A stretch of DNA of 64,000 nt from Clostridia bacterium (GCA_017461475.1 JAFTXX010000003.1:43171-107170), one strand, 5' to 3'. Positions 8,730-18,528 are shown, numbered from the stretch's first letter. Notes: generated by a model from the sequence alone, not told the origin. Numbers and translations: made by a program.

Positions 8730-10211
8730 GTGATTCCTTTGGAACAAAACGCTAAATTTATCAAAATGACTACCGAGCCGGTTGAAAAACTTATTGCAAA
8801 ACTCGCAGTTCCGACCATTATCAGCATGCTCGTTACGTCGTTTTACAACCTTGTTGACACGCTGTTTGTGCGTCAACTTGAAAATGACAGTATGGTTGCT
8901 GCTGTGGGAATCGTAATGCCGCTGATGTCGGTAATACAGGCTTGCGGATTCTTCTGCGGACACGGTTCGGCAAACTATATCTCGCGTGCGTTCGGCAGGC
9001 AAGATTATAAAAGCGCTGAAAAAATGGCGGCAACTGGGTTTGGCTTTGCTTTTCTTATCGGTATTTTTATAAGTGTGTTCGGACTTTTATTCCGCAATGA
9101 ACTTGTTGCGGTTCTCGGCGCAAAAACTCCCGATACCGTCCGCGAAAGCCTCAGTTATATGTTCTATATCCTGCTTGCAACTCCGTTTATGATGGGCGCT
9201 ATAGTTATGAATAACCAACTCCGCATGCAGGGCAACGCCTTTTTTGCAATGATAGGGCTGACATCGGGCGCGGTACTCAATATCGTCCTTGACCCGATAC
9301 TCATTTTTGAAAAGGGAACTGTTATTTTCGGCGGCGCTGTTACAATGCCGTTCGGCTTTGGAATGGGTGTCGGCGGTGCCGCACTTGCCACCGCGGCAAG
9401 CCAACTTCTCAGCTTCGTTTTGCTTGCAATAGGCATGGGCAGAAGCGATAATGTAAAGATCAAACTGAAAAACTTCACACCAAGTAAGTATTACATAGGC
9501 GGCATTGTTCAAGGCGGTCTGCCCTCGCTTGCGCGTCAGGGACTCGGCAGTGTTGCCACCACCTGCCTTAACAATTCTATAGGATATTTCGTCACCCCCG
9601 CAATGATAGATGCGGCTCAGGCGGCAATGACGGGTACGTCGAGGATTATGATGTTTCTCTATTCCGCCGTTATCGGCTTCGGACAAGGTTTTCAACCCGT
9701 ATGCGGCTTCAACTACGGCGCAAAAAAGTATGACCGCGTCATTAAAGCATATTATTTCTGCATAAAAGTCGCCTTTGTCGTACTGCTGGCGCTCTCGGGT
9801 CTTGGAGTAATATTCGCAGGACCTATTACCGATGCCGTCGCGGGAAGCAGTAAAACCTCGGCTGAAATCGCCGCGTTTGCCTTCCGTGCGCAACTTGCCG
9901 TTTTCCCGCTTATGGCATGGGTGACAATGAGCAATATGATGTTGCAAAATATCGGTAAAACCGCAAGTGCAACGCTTGTTGCAATGCTCAGAAACGGTAT
10001 TGCATTTATCCCCGCGGTACTGCTTTTGCCGCTTATAACACGCGCACTGTGTCTTGATGCACTGCTCGGTATAGAACTTTCTCAACCCGTAGCCGATGTT
10101 ATAGCCTTCGCCATATCCGCCCCCATAGGCCAAGCCGCGATAAATGAGATGAAAAAGGAAGAAGTAAAGATAAAGTACGGTTTAGACGAACCGATAGTGA
10201 GGAACAAATGA
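8730..10211 (+). CDS. MATE-family efflux transporter
   Basis: N-terminus ...LIAKLAVPTIISMLVTSFYNLVDTLFV is typical of MATE. About 12 hydrophobic segments. The start is ambiguous: GTG at 8730 or ATG at 8766. Confidence 0.9.
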   Translation: MIPLEQNAKFIKMTTEPVEKLIAKLAVPTIISMLVTSFYNLVDTLFVRQLENDSMVAAVGIVMPLMSVIQACGFFCGHGSANYISRAFGRQDYKSAEKMAATGFGFAFLIGIFISVFGLLFRNELVAVLGAKTPDTVRESLSYMFYILLATPFMMGAIVMNNQLRMQGNAFFAMIGLTSGAVLNIVLDPILIFEKGTVIFGGAVTMPFGFGMGVGGAALATAASQLLSFVLLAIGMGRSDNVKIKLKNFTPSKYYIGGIVQGGLPSLARQGLGSVATTCLNNSIGYFVTPAMIDAAQAAMTGTSRIMMFLYSAVIGFGQGFQPVCGFNYGAKKYDRVIKAYYFCIKVAFVVLLALSGLGVIFAGPITDAVAGSSKTSAEIAAFAFRAQLAVFPLMAWVTMSNMMLQNIGKTASATLVAMLRNGIAFIPAVLLLPLITRALCLDALLGIELSQPVADVIAFAISAPIGQAAINEMKKEEVKIKYGLDEPIVRNK

Positions 10212-10765
10212 AAAAATTGATAATCATAGCCTTATGTGCCGTATTTCTTTTTGGTTGCGGCAAAAATGAAGTTGCAGAAACAGATGCAACACAAACAAGT
10301 GCGCCCGATACAGCTGTAACAACAGCCGAAACCACCGCGCAGATAGGCGGATTTATCATAGACGGCATAGAGTTTGACACATACCCCTGCGAGGATTTCG
10401 AGCCTTTGTTTGTTCACACGGTTTTTCCGAGCATGGGAAATTATATGGTCTTTGGACTCGTTGAGGACAAGCCAAAAGAAATATTTGCATATTATATAAA
10501 CAGCGTTGATAAGTGCTTTGAGCGTGTAGTCTGTCCTATTCCCGAAGATATTGAATATGACCGTGTGATACCTGTGTATGCCGGACACGGTGCAGGAAGC
10601 GGAGAAATACAGTTCGCCGTGGTACTTGAAAACGGCAACGAAAAAATATATATCGCATATAATAATTTCACTTATACAGATTATAGCGATTATCTTGTAT
10701 TTACCTGCGAGGGCATAATAACTCCCGAAACACACGACTATATTTTTAAAGAGATAAACCGTTGA
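10208..10765 (+). CDS. Lipoprotein of unknown function
   Basis: Start overlaps the MATE stop (ATGA). Lipobox in MKKLIIIALCAVFLFGCG, followed by a Thr/Ala-rich linker. Confidence 0.7.
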   Translation: MKKLIIIALCAVFLFGCGKNEVAETDATQTSAPDTAVTTAETTAQIGGFIIDGIEFDTYPCEDFEPLFVHTVFPSMGNYMVFGLVEDKPKEIFAYYINSVDKCFERVVCPIPEDIEYDRVIPVYAGHGAGSGEIQFAVVLENGNEKIYIAYNNFTYTDYSDYLVFTCEGIITPETHDYIFKEINR

Positions 10766-10799
10766 AAAATGATGTGTAATTGATTGTTTATTGAACTGC

Positions 10800-10955
10800 C
10801 ATCTCCGCCCAAGATCCTTCGCTTGCGCTCAAGGATGACAAGGGCGGGATTAAGCAGAGTGCTTAAAAAGCCTTGTTTTATCGTATTGTAACATCCCCCG
10901 CTTGTCATCCTCGAACGGAGCGTAGCGGAGTGAAGGATCTTGCGGGGAGATGTTT
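10800..10955. repeat. Palindromic intergenic element, copy B
   Basis: Same ends and inner arms as copy A (catctccgccc...ctcaaggatgacaagggcggg...cccgcttgtcatcctcgaacgg...gtgaaggatcttgcggggagatgttt). It lacks a ~45-nt insert that copy A carries. Confidence 0.75.
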
Positions 10956-10972
10956 GTTTTTATCCACTAAAT

Positions 10973-11000
10973 AAAAAAGCCGCCCACAGGCGGCTTTTCT
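10973..11000. terminator. Bidirectional hairpin terminator between convergent genes
   Basis: aaaaaagccgcc-caca-ggcggcttttct. Confidence 0.7.
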
Positions 11001-11007
11001 ATTTGAC

Positions 11008-11739
11008 TTACAATACTTTTGACAAAAAGTCCTTGAGTCTCGGGTTTTTCGGATTCGCAAAGAATTCCTCAGGGGGCGCTTCTTCCAGAATCTTACCCTC
11101 GTCCATGAATATTACGCGGTTTGCAACCTCGCGGGCAAAACCCATTTCGTGGGTGACAATAACCATTGTCATGCCGTCGTCCGCAAGAGACTTCATCAGG
11201 TCGAGAACCTCACCGACCATCTCGGGGTCGAGCGCGGAAGTAGGCTCGTCAAACAGCATAACGCGCGGGTTCATTGCGAGCGCACGCGCAATTGCGATAC
11301 GCTGTTTCTGACCGCCCGAGAGTTGCGCGGGGTAAGCGTTTGCTTTGTCGGGGAGTCCGACTTTTTCAAGCAGCTCTTTTGCCTTTGCTTCTACCTCCGC
11401 CTTGCTTTGCTTTAAAAGCTTGATAGGCGCAAGCGTGATGTTTTCCATAATAGAAAGGTGAGGGAAGAGGTTGAAATGCTGGAACACCATGCCCATGTGC
11501 ATGCGGAGTTTGTTAATGTCGCATTTTTTATCGGTTATGAGTTGACCGTCAAAGTATATCTCACCTGCGGAAGGTTCTTCGAGGCGGTTGAGACAGCGGA
11601 GGAAAGTTGACTTGCCGCTACCCGACGGGCCTACGACAACCACTTTTTCACCTTTTGCAATGTGCTGGTCAACACCTTTTAAAACCTTTATCTCGTCGTT
11701 TTCGCCGAAATTCTTGTAAAGATTTTTAACGCTTATCAC
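11008..11739 (-). CDS. Polar amino-acid ABC transporter ATP-binding protein (GlnQ-like)
   Basis: Walker [10 protein letters not shown], signature [15 protein letters not shown], Walker [12 protein letters not shown]. Confidence 0.95.
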   Translation of the reverse strand: MISVKNLYKNFGENDEIKVLKGVDQHIAKGEKVVVVGPSGSGKSTFLRCLNRLEEPSAGEIYFDGQLITDKKCDINKLRMHMGMVFQHFNLFPHLSIMENITLAPIKLLKQSKAEVEAKAKELLEKVGLPDKANAYPAQLSGGQKQRIAIARALAMNPRVMLFDEPTSALDPEMVGEVLDLMKSLADDGMTMVIVTHEMGFAREVANRVIFMDEGKILEEAPPEEFFANPKNPRLKDFLSKVL

Positions 11740-13129
11740 TCTTGCTCATCCTCCTTTCAAGGATAGATACACACTTGGAAAGACCGAGTACCACAACAAG
11801 ATAGATAAGTGCAACCGCGATAAGCGGCATGTAGTTACTGTATGTGATGGAACGTATCTTAATACCGCCGAGCGTAAGGTCGGCAACGCCGATGTAGAAC
11901 GCAACGGACGATTCTTTGAGCAGTGTGATAAACTCGTTTGCGAGAGAGGGAAGTACAGCTTTGAACGCCTGGGGAATAATGATGTACCACATCGTCTTGA
12001 TGTAACTGAAACCAAGGCTTCGTCCCGCCTCGGTCTGTCCCTCGTCAATAGACATGATACCGCCGCGGACTATCTCGGAGACGTACGCGCCCGAGTTAAG
12101 ACCGAAACAGATAACTGCAGCGGGGAACTTTTCAACTCCAAGCGGGAGCAGGATTACAAAGTACATGATAAGAAGCTGCACCATGACGGGAGTGCCGCGC
12201 ATAATGGAAAGGTAAACTTTGCATACTCCCGATAAGAAATTCAGTTTGCCTGTCTTCTGATTTACGCATCTGATAACAGCGACAACAAAGCCGATAAGTA
12301 TACCGAGGAGTACCGCGAGCGCGGTGATCTCAAGCGTTGTCAAAAGACCGTTTGTGAGGTACTTGTACTGGTCGTTTTTGATGAAGTTACGGTGAAAATC
12401 GTACTTCAGCGTGTTCCACAGCTTCTCGATCGGAACACTTGTATCGGGCATTGCGCTGTCGTAGTTTTTAAGCGCAATGTAGTCGCCGAGGCCTGTTCTC
12501 AGTGTGTTGAGGTTTGAAATGTTTACAGTCTCGCCGTTGTATGTCACAGTCTCTGCGGAGTTTATAGTGGTTTTCGCGTCAAGTATTCCGCCGAAAATTG
12601 TGTTTACAAGTTCATCGCTGAGATAGGGGGTAAACACGCCCGGCTCTGTTTCATAGAGGTAGAAAGTTACGTTGCCCTCCACTTTTTCGGCGGCGGCAAG
12701 GTCGGCTTCAACGAGGTCGGCAATGTACAGTTTTATCTTGGTCGCGTTGGTTTTTATACCCTGCGCAGTGTTGTCAAGATAAAAACCGTATACGCTTTCA
12801 AGATACTTGTCAAGATTGCTTTCAACAGTCGAGCCGATGTTTACGGTCTCGTAGGTACACTCAAGCACAATATCCTTTTCGGTACCGTATGTGAGTTCCT
12901 CAATTACAACCGATGTGTTGTCGGCAACAAATTTTGCTCCCGTCGAAACATTACCGGGAAGGTCAGCGAAGGTAGCGTCAATCAGAGTTTGCGCGTCTTC
13001 AATTGAAATCTCGGTGTCAATTTTGTTGTTAAGTTTCTGAATAAAGTATATTGCGAATACGATAAGGACGGCCAATGCTACGCATATAAGCGCGGTCAGC
13101 AGCCCTTGGTATTTCTTTTTCTTTTTCAT
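11726..13129 (-). CDS. Amino-acid ABC transporter permease with a ~240-aa N-terminal extracytoplasmic extension
   Basis: The C-terminal ~220 aa are HisM/GlnP-type permease ([15 protein letters not shown]). It has an N-terminal TM then a long soluble region. It overlaps the ATPase gene by 14 nt. Confidence 0.9.
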   Translation of the reverse strand: MKKKKKYQGLLTALICVALAVLIVFAIYFIQKLNNKIDTEISIEDAQTLIDATFADLPGNVSTGAKFVADNTSVVIEELTYGTEKDIVLECTYETVNIGSTVESNLDKYLESVYGFYLDNTAQGIKTNATKIKLYIADLVEADLAAAEKVEGNVTFYLYETEPGVFTPYLSDELVNTIFGGILDAKTTINSAETVTYNGETVNISNLNTLRTGLGDYIALKNYDSAMPDTSVPIEKLWNTLKYDFHRNFIKNDQYKYLTNGLLTTLEITALAVLLGILIGFVVAVIRCVNQKTGKLNFLSGVCKVYLSIMRGTPVMVQLLIMYFVILLPLGVEKFPAAVICFGLNSGAYVSEIVRGGIMSIDEGQTEAGRSLGFSYIKTMWYIIIPQAFKAVLPSLANEFITLLKESSVAFYIGVADLTLGGIKIRSITYSNYMPLIAVALIYLVVVLGLSKCVSILERRMSKSDKR

Positions 13130-13200
13130 TAATTTCTCCGTATATTACAAACGGGAATGTCAAGCATTCCCGTTTGTGTATGTACTTAGGATATTTTCAA

Positions 13201-14058
13201 TTACTTGATGTACTTAGCAACGATAGCGTCGATAGTACCGTCAGCGGTGAGCTCGTCGATTGCAACATTGATTGCATCGAGAAGTTCGGTGTTTTCTTTT
13301 GCTACGCAGATTGCATAGTCTTCGTCAGCGTATGCGGTGTCGAGAAGAACGAGACCTTCGTTTTCAGCAACGAGTGCCTTTGCGGGCTCGTTGTCGATGA
13401 TAACGCAGTCAACATCGCCGCCTACGAGTGCAAGAACTGCCTCGCTGCCGTTGGAGTAACGCTGAACGTTTTCGTCGCCGAAGTCGTCGGAAGCGTAGAT
13501 ATCACCGGTGGTTGCAAGCTGAACGCCTACCTTGTAGGTAACGCCCTCTGCATAGAGGTCGTCAACAGATGCGATAGCGGAGCCTTCCTTAACGATGATG
13601 GACTGAACGCCGTTTGCATAGCTGGAAGAGAAGTTGATGCTCTGGAGACGCTCTTCGGTAACAGTCATACCTGCCATACCGAAATCAGCCTCACCTTCCA
13701 TAACAGCGGTGATGATGGAGCCGAATTCCATGTCGGAGATAACGAGTTCCTTGCCGAGCTTTTCAGCGATAGCTGCAGCGATCTCAGCGTCGATACCGAT
13801 GATCTTGTCGCCTTCGTAGTATTCGTAAGGCTGGAAGAATGCGTTGGTAGCCATGATGATAACATTGTCATCAGCGTCGTCAACTACCTCAGCGGTGGTC
13901 TCAGCGGCAGTGGTTTCTGCTGCGGTGGTGTCAGCAACAGTTTCGCCGGCAGTCTCTTCTACGGTTTCAGCAGTAGTGTCAACTACTTCGGTCTCGCCGC
14001 AAGCCGCAAATGCAAATACAAGCATAGCTGCGAGAAGAACGGATAAAAACTTTTTCAT
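13201..14058 (-). CDS. Amino-acid ABC substrate-binding lipoprotein
   Basis: AAGAGGA RBS before the ATG at 14058 (the track ORF extends to 14184). Lipobox MKKFLSVLLAAMLVFAFAACG. T/E/A-rich linker then a family-3 SBP fold (IIMATNAFFQPYEY, GIDAEIA, ADFGMAGMT). Confidence 0.9.
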   Translation of the reverse strand: MKKFLSVLLAAMLVFAFAACGETEVVDTTAETVEETAGETVADTTAAETTAAETTAEVVDDADDNVIIMATNAFFQPYEYYEGDKIIGIDAEIAAAIAEKLGKELVISDMEFGSIITAVMEGEADFGMAGMTVTEERLQSINFSSSYANGVQSIIVKEGSAIASVDDLYAEGVTYKVGVQLATTGDIYASDDFGDENVQRYSNGSEAVLALVGGDVDCVIIDNEPAKALVAENEGLVLLDTAYADEDYAICVAKENTELLDAINVAIDELTADGTIDAIVAKYIK

Positions 14059-14112
14059 TGTGTTTTTCCTCTTTTCTGATTTTGGGCAGTGCCCTTTTAA
14101 TTTATCGGTATG

Positions 14113-14141
14113 ATTATACTCTTGCACATTCATAATGTCAA
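14113..14141 (-). promoter_or_regulatory. Sigma-A-type promoter for the amino-acid ABC operon
   Basis: On the minus strand: TTGACA, 17 nt spacer, TATAAT. Confidence 0.6.
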
Positions 14142-14251
14142 GGTTTTTGTGATATTTTTTTACTATAATTATATATTCTTGCATAAATATTCAAAATGAA
14201 TAAAGGAAAGTGGAAAAAATTTTTTTGGGGGAAATAATGTTTAGCGCACTA

Positions 14252-14400
14252 TCTGTCATCCTTCGGAAAAGTATCGGGATGACAGGTAAAAGCATCCACA
14301 TACTCGTAGGGGCGATTAGTAATCGCCCGCTTGTAAAACATCTACGCCCTGCTTTTCGGGCGATTAATAATCGCCCCTACATGGTTTGTGCGTCGCCGTT
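14252..14400. repeat. Cluster of REP-like hairpins
   Basis: ctgtcatcc..ggatgacag hairpin, then ggggcgattagtaatcgccc (14309..14328) and gggcgattaataatcgcccc (14358..14377) in mutually inverted orientation. The same pair recurs at 24352..24420. Confidence 0.75.
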
Positions 14401-14481
14401 ACCTCACAACATCTACCAAACACAAACACCTTACAAATTCCAAATGGACTTTGTAAGGTGCTGTAATTTTTTATAGAACAA

Positions 14482-15390
14482 TTATTTCTGCTCAGCGGTG
14501 ATGATGCCGTCTTTTACATTAAGTTTGCAAATGCGCGCGGTGCGTCTTTCCGCCGCCTTGTCGGCGCTGTCTCGTACAACGTCGCGCCCGTGGTAAACGG
14601 CATAATAATCATTTCCGAGTTTTATCACGCTGTGGTGGCCGACACCTTCCTCAACCTCGCTTCTGAACATTGTGGGAACCCACTTGCCGCCGTCGGTGTG
14701 CTTGATAAAATCAACCTTTGTGAGGTCTTCTTCGTCCGACTTTGCAGCCGCATAGCCGATGTGATAGGTTTCATTTTCAAAGCATGCGCCGCTGAACATA
14801 ACGTACTGCCACTCGCCCTCACGGAACCAGAAAGGACCTTCAAGCGTGTGCCAGTCCTTGCCGTCGCCAAAGCGGTTGCGCTTGAAAATTTCCTCATCGA
14901 AAGAGGGAACTATAACTTCCTTGCAGATATTGGCAGGCGTCATGGGGTCAAGGAGTCTGTCAACAAAAATACGGGTACCTACGCGGTCAGTGTTGCAGTT
15001 GTCCTCGGCGTACCAAAGGAAAATGCCCGCTTTGGTTTCAACAACGTGCGCGTCAATGGAAAAACGCTCGTAAAGGCATTTCTTCTTTGTGAACGGACCG
15101 AGCGGACTTTCGCTCTCGGCAACATGGAGATACTGGAAGCAGTCTTTTGTCTGGCAGGAGAAATAGAGGTAATATTTGTCCCCGATTTTGGCCATGCAGG
15201 GCGCCCAGTAGTATTTCCAACCGTCAACCGAGCATATAACGCCCTCATGCTTCCACTCGCCGAAAACATCGTCAGCCGAGTACGCTTCAACACCGTCGTT
15301 TGCGGTAACATATATGTAAAACTTGCCGTTGTCCTCGAAAATAAAAGGGTCGGGCTGAGCTTTCCCGATAATATCAAACTTGAGTTTCAT
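14482..15390 (-). CDS. Glycoside hydrolase family 43-like enzyme (xylosidase/arabinofuranosidase-type)
   Basis: N-terminus ..PDPFIFEDNGKFYIYVT, then YWAPCM, LEGPFWF and GHHSVI. Length of 302 aa. Confidence 0.8.
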   Translation of the reverse strand: MKLKFDIIGKAQPDPFIFEDNGKFYIYVTANDGVEAYSADDVFGEWKHEGVICSVDGWKYYWAPCMAKIGDKYYLYFSCQTKDCFQYLHVAESESPLGPFTKKKCLYERFSIDAHVVETKAGIFLWYAEDNCNTDRVGTRIFVDRLLDPMTPANICKEVIVPSFDEEIFKRNRFGDGKDWHTLEGPFWFREGEWQYVMFSGACFENETYHIGYAAAKSDEEDLTKVDFIKHTDGGKWVPTMFRSEVEEGVGHHSVIKLGNDYYAVYHGRDVVRDSADKAAERRTARICKLNVKDGIITAEQK

Positions 15391-15499
15391 ATTAATTTCC
15401 TTTCACAGATATGATGAGATAATTATAAATCAATTTTTAATATTTGTCAATCAAACGGCTTTGTAAAAAGCAATAAAGAAAGTGGAAAAAATCATACTG

Positions 15500-15528
15500 T
15501 TGACATATCAGACAGTTTGGTATAAAAT
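15500..15528 (+). promoter_or_regulatory. Candidate promoter placing the transcript start next to the radical SAM ATG
   Basis: TTGACA (15500-05), 17 nt spacer, TAAAAT (15523-28). The ATG lies at 15536 with no Shine-Dalgarno in between. Confidence 0.45.
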
Positions 15529-15535
15529 CAAAAAT

Positions 15536-16375
15536 ATGAAACGTTTTAATAAAATTTATCTTGAAATATCAAATATCTGTAACCTTTCATGTGCCTTTTG
15601 CCCAGGTACGCGCCGCACACCGCGCTCAATGAGCGAGGATGAATTTTTGTACATCCTTCCGCGCGTAAAACCGTACACCGATTACCTATATTTTCATCTG
15701 ATGGGTGAGCCGCTCTGCCATATGAAACTTGAAAAATTTCTCAAAGCGGCGGGAGACCAAGGTTTTAAAGTTATCTTAACCACCAACGGTACATTGCTCC
15801 GTCGGCAAAAGGATATGCTCCTTGCGGCAAAGGGCTTACACAAGGTCAATATTTCGCTCCACGCATTTGAGGCAAACGACCTTTCCGTTCCTTTTTCGGA
15901 TTACCTTGACGGCGCTTTTGACTTCGGCAAAGCCGCCGAGGGCAAAAAAATAGTGGTCTTTCGACTTTGGAACAACGGCGGCGACGATGCTCTCAACGGT
16001 GAAATACTTGCCGCAATGGAAAAACATTTTCCAAAACCGTGGGTAAACGAGCGAAAGGGCGTCCGCATAGGTCAGAAAGTATACCTTGAATACGGCGACA
16101 AATTCGATTGGCCGAGCCTTGCCGAAAAGGAGCAGGGGGAAAAGATGTTTTGCTACGGACTGCGCGACCAGATAGGCATACTTGCCGACGGAAGCGTCGT
16201 TCCGTGCTGTCTTGACCACGACGGCGACATAACACTCGGCAACATTTTTGAAAGCGACCTCGGCGACATTATCACTTCCGACCGCGCGGCGGCGATAATT
16301 GACGGTTTTGAGCACTTCACCTCCGCCGAGGAACTTTGCCGCCGCTGCGGTTATGCGCATGCTAAGTTTAAATAG
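15536..16375 (+). CDS. Radical SAM protein with a C-terminal SPASM-like Cys cluster
   Basis: CNLSCAFC (CxxxCxxC) at residues ~15-22 from the ATG at 15536. C-terminal CYGL...VPCCLDHDGD...CRRCGY. The track start at 15482 is a GTG without a good RBS. Confidence 0.8.
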   Translation: MKRFNKIYLEISNICNLSCAFCPGTRRTPRSMSEDEFLYILPRVKPYTDYLYFHLMGEPLCHMKLEKFLKAAGDQGFKVILTTNGTLLRRQKDMLLAAKGLHKVNISLHAFEANDLSVPFSDYLDGAFDFGKAAEGKKIVVFRLWNNGGDDALNGEILAAMEKHFPKPWVNERKGVRIGQKVYLEYGDKFDWPSLAEKEQGEKMFCYGLRDQIGILADGSVVPCCLDHDGDITLGNIFESDLGDIITSDRAAAIIDGFEHFTSAEELCRRCGYAHAKFK

Positions 16376-16502
16376 GCATGTGTAAAAAACTTGCTAAAAT
16401 ACGCTTTTTTGTTTACAAAATGTTGGTCTTTTTCCGATATGGTTGAATTTGTAAAATATAAATGGTAAATTTAAAGTATAATCTTCCGTCGGAGGTAGAG
16501 AT

Positions 16503-18503
16503 ATGTATATTGTAAAAAACGGCAATACATTTGCACTGTCCGAGACCGCGAAAAACGCGGTTGTAAAAATTTCTTCGCCTATCATTGAGGAAAACGGCAA
16601 GGAATATAATATTTTTGAAAACGCACGAGGATTTTCTTATCAGGAAAGCATTTCCGATGAGGGCGACGGGCTTTTTAAAGTTACCCGCACAGTAAAAAAC
16701 GAGGGCTATACGCCGCGCGTAATCAAGATTATTTTTGAGACCGTAACCGAATACGCACCGACACACTATCTCATACCCTGCGTAAGTTACAACGGCAATG
16801 TTTTCGGCGAGGGCAACGAGCCTAAAGGCATGGTCTGCAAAGAAAACGGCGAGCCGTGGATTCACTCATTCGAGCGCACCTCTGTCCCCTCGTGTTCGGT
16901 TACCGAAACCAAGGATGTTGCGTTCTCTCTCTTTGCGTCAAATGAGAGCAAGGAGAGCCTTGTTTCCTCTGTTTCGCTCCGCCCCGTCGGCGATAAGATT
17001 TCACAGCGTATTTACTGGCCCGTTACCGAAGCGCCGTTTACCTACCATGAAAATGACAAGTACAACGAGCCGCTTCATACATATATAACACTCGGTGGCG
17101 GTGAGGAATTCACCACCTCCGTTTACATGCTCGCGTCGGTTCCCATGTGGGAAAACTACGGCATTTGTCAGACGCTTGACCGTACGCTTGAGCTGTTCCC
17201 GTTTGCACACGGCAAGAGCCGCACCACCGACGATATCTGGCGTCTCGGCATTGCATACAGCAGATTTCTGCAGCGCGAGCACAACGGAAAACTGCTTTTC
17301 TCAAGCGGTATTCACCCCACAAAGAACGGCCCCTATTTTGTACCTCACTATGAAATAGGCTGGTGCGGGCAGAACATAATGAACGCGCGTATGCACGTCA
17401 TTGAATATCAGCGCACAGGCGAAAAAGCGTTGCTTGACAACGCACTTAAAGTGTGCGACAACTGGCTTGAAAAGCAGTCCGACTGCGGTCTTGTACTTGC
17501 TCACTATGAGTGGTATACCGAGGGCAAAAACTGGAACTATAAGCCGCGCGACTATTCAAAATCATGGGCAAGCCACGTTGATTACAAAACAGGCTGGCTC
17601 CCCGAGACCTGCAACACCGCCTGGGCAGGATGTGAAATGCTCAAGATGTGGGATCTGCTCCGCACAATGGGCATTGACCGCCCCGACTACAAGGAGTTCG
17701 CACTCAAAATTTTTGACTTCTTCTGCGACCGCTACAGCGCAAAATTCGCTTTCGGCAAGGCTTGGGATTTCGACGGCAGTTGCGCCGAGGAAAACGGCAC
17801 AATAGGCGCGTTTGTAACAATGGCACTTACCGAAGCCTACAGAATTTTAGGCGAGCGAAAGTATCTTTACTACGCCGAAAAATCGCTTAACTTCTACATG
17901 GAGCGCGACGTTGACAAGTTCATCTGTACCGCCGGTGCTATTGACTGCACCTGCGAGGATAAGGAAACCGCGGGTCCCATTATTATCGCCGCGCTTGACC
18001 TCTACGAGTTCACGGACGACAAAAAGTATCTCGAATACGCCACAAAAGCGTCATACTACTTTGCGTCATGGATGTATGTGTACGACGGATATTACTCCGA
18101 GGATAAGGAGTTTACAAAGTACGGTTATTACACCTCGGGTTCCACCGCGGTTTCGGTTCAGCACCCTGCGCTTGACCAGTGGGGCGAACTTATGTGCTGT
18201 GAGTGGCTCCGCCTTGCCGACTACACGGGCGACGAGCGTTGGAGACACCGCGCAATTATGATGTGGTATAACGCGACGCAGTGCATAGCCGATGAAAACA
18301 ACCGAATTTTCCACGGCCTTGAGCGTCCGATAGGCGCACAGAACGAAGCCTTCTATCAGGCACGCTGGGGTCACCGCAAGAACTGCAACGAAAGCGGTCA
18401 CCTCAACGACTGGTGCGTATCATGGGTAAACGTGTTCAGACTCAATGTCCTCGACCGCCTCACCCGCATCAACGGCTACGCCGACCGCAGCGCACTTGAA
18501 TAA
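16503..18503 (+). CDS. Hypothetical 666-aa protein; possibly an alpha/alpha-toroid glycosidase-like enzyme
   Basis: GGAGG RBS and a long uninterrupted ORF with host-like codon usage. The W/Y-rich helical C-terminal half carries a vicinal Cys pair (ELMCCEW). No family recognised with confidence. Confidence 0.7.
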   Translation: MYIVKNGNTFALSETAKNAVVKISSPIIEENGKEYNIFENARGFSYQESISDEGDGLFKVTRTVKNEGYTPRVIKIIFETVTEYAPTHYLIPCVSYNGNVFGEGNEPKGMVCKENGEPWIHSFERTSVPSCSVTETKDVAFSLFASNESKESLVSSVSLRPVGDKISQRIYWPVTEAPFTYHENDKYNEPLHTYITLGGGEEFTTSVYMLASVPMWENYGICQTLDRTLELFPFAHGKSRTTDDIWRLGIAYSRFLQREHNGKLLFSSGIHPTKNGPYFVPHYEIGWCGQNIMNARMHVIEYQRTGEKALLDNALKVCDNWLEKQSDCGLVLAHYEWYTEGKNWNYKPRDYSKSWASHVDYKTGWLPETCNTAWAGCEMLKMWDLLRTMGIDRPDYKEFALKIFDFFCDRYSAKFAFGKAWDFDGSCAEENGTIGAFVTMALTEAYRILGERKYLYYAEKSLNFYMERDVDKFICTAGAIDCTCEDKETAGPIIIAALDLYEFTDDKKYLEYATKASYYFASWMYVYDGYYSEDKEFTKYGYYTSGSTAVSVQHPALDQWGELMCCEWLRLADYTGDERWRHRAIMMWYNATQCIADENNRIFHGLERPIGAQNEAFYQARWGHRKNCNESGHLNDWCVSWVNVFRLNVLDRLTRINGYADRSALE

Positions 18504-18528
18504 TAATGAATATGAAAAAGCCGCCATC

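Noticed and set aside
9087-10133. 348-aa minus-strand ORF
   Set aside because: It is antisense to the MATE transporter gene, whose 12-TM translation is clearly the real product.
13174-14046. 290-aa plus-strand ORF (also 14590..15414 plus, 23350..24159 minus, 30502..31293 minus, 32311..33048 minus, 60250..60903 minus, 61138..61821 minus, 63140..63940 minus, 44199..44846 minus, 45143..45784 minus)
   Set aside because: All lie antisense to genes with strong motif support. Their translations are Cys/Val/Ala-rich or otherwise featureless, and they lack ribosome-binding sites.
14210-14476. 88-aa ORF in the 14.2-14.5 kb intergenic region
   Set aside because: It is a read-through of the REP-like hairpins (VGAISNRP.. 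/ AINNRPY..). The open frame is created by the palindromic repeats, not by coding selection.
16413-16865. 150-aa minus-strand ORF spanning the rSAM/666-aa intergenic region
   Set aside because: It overlaps the 5' end of the 666-aa gene in antisense, it is AT-rich and low in complexity, and it has no RBS.
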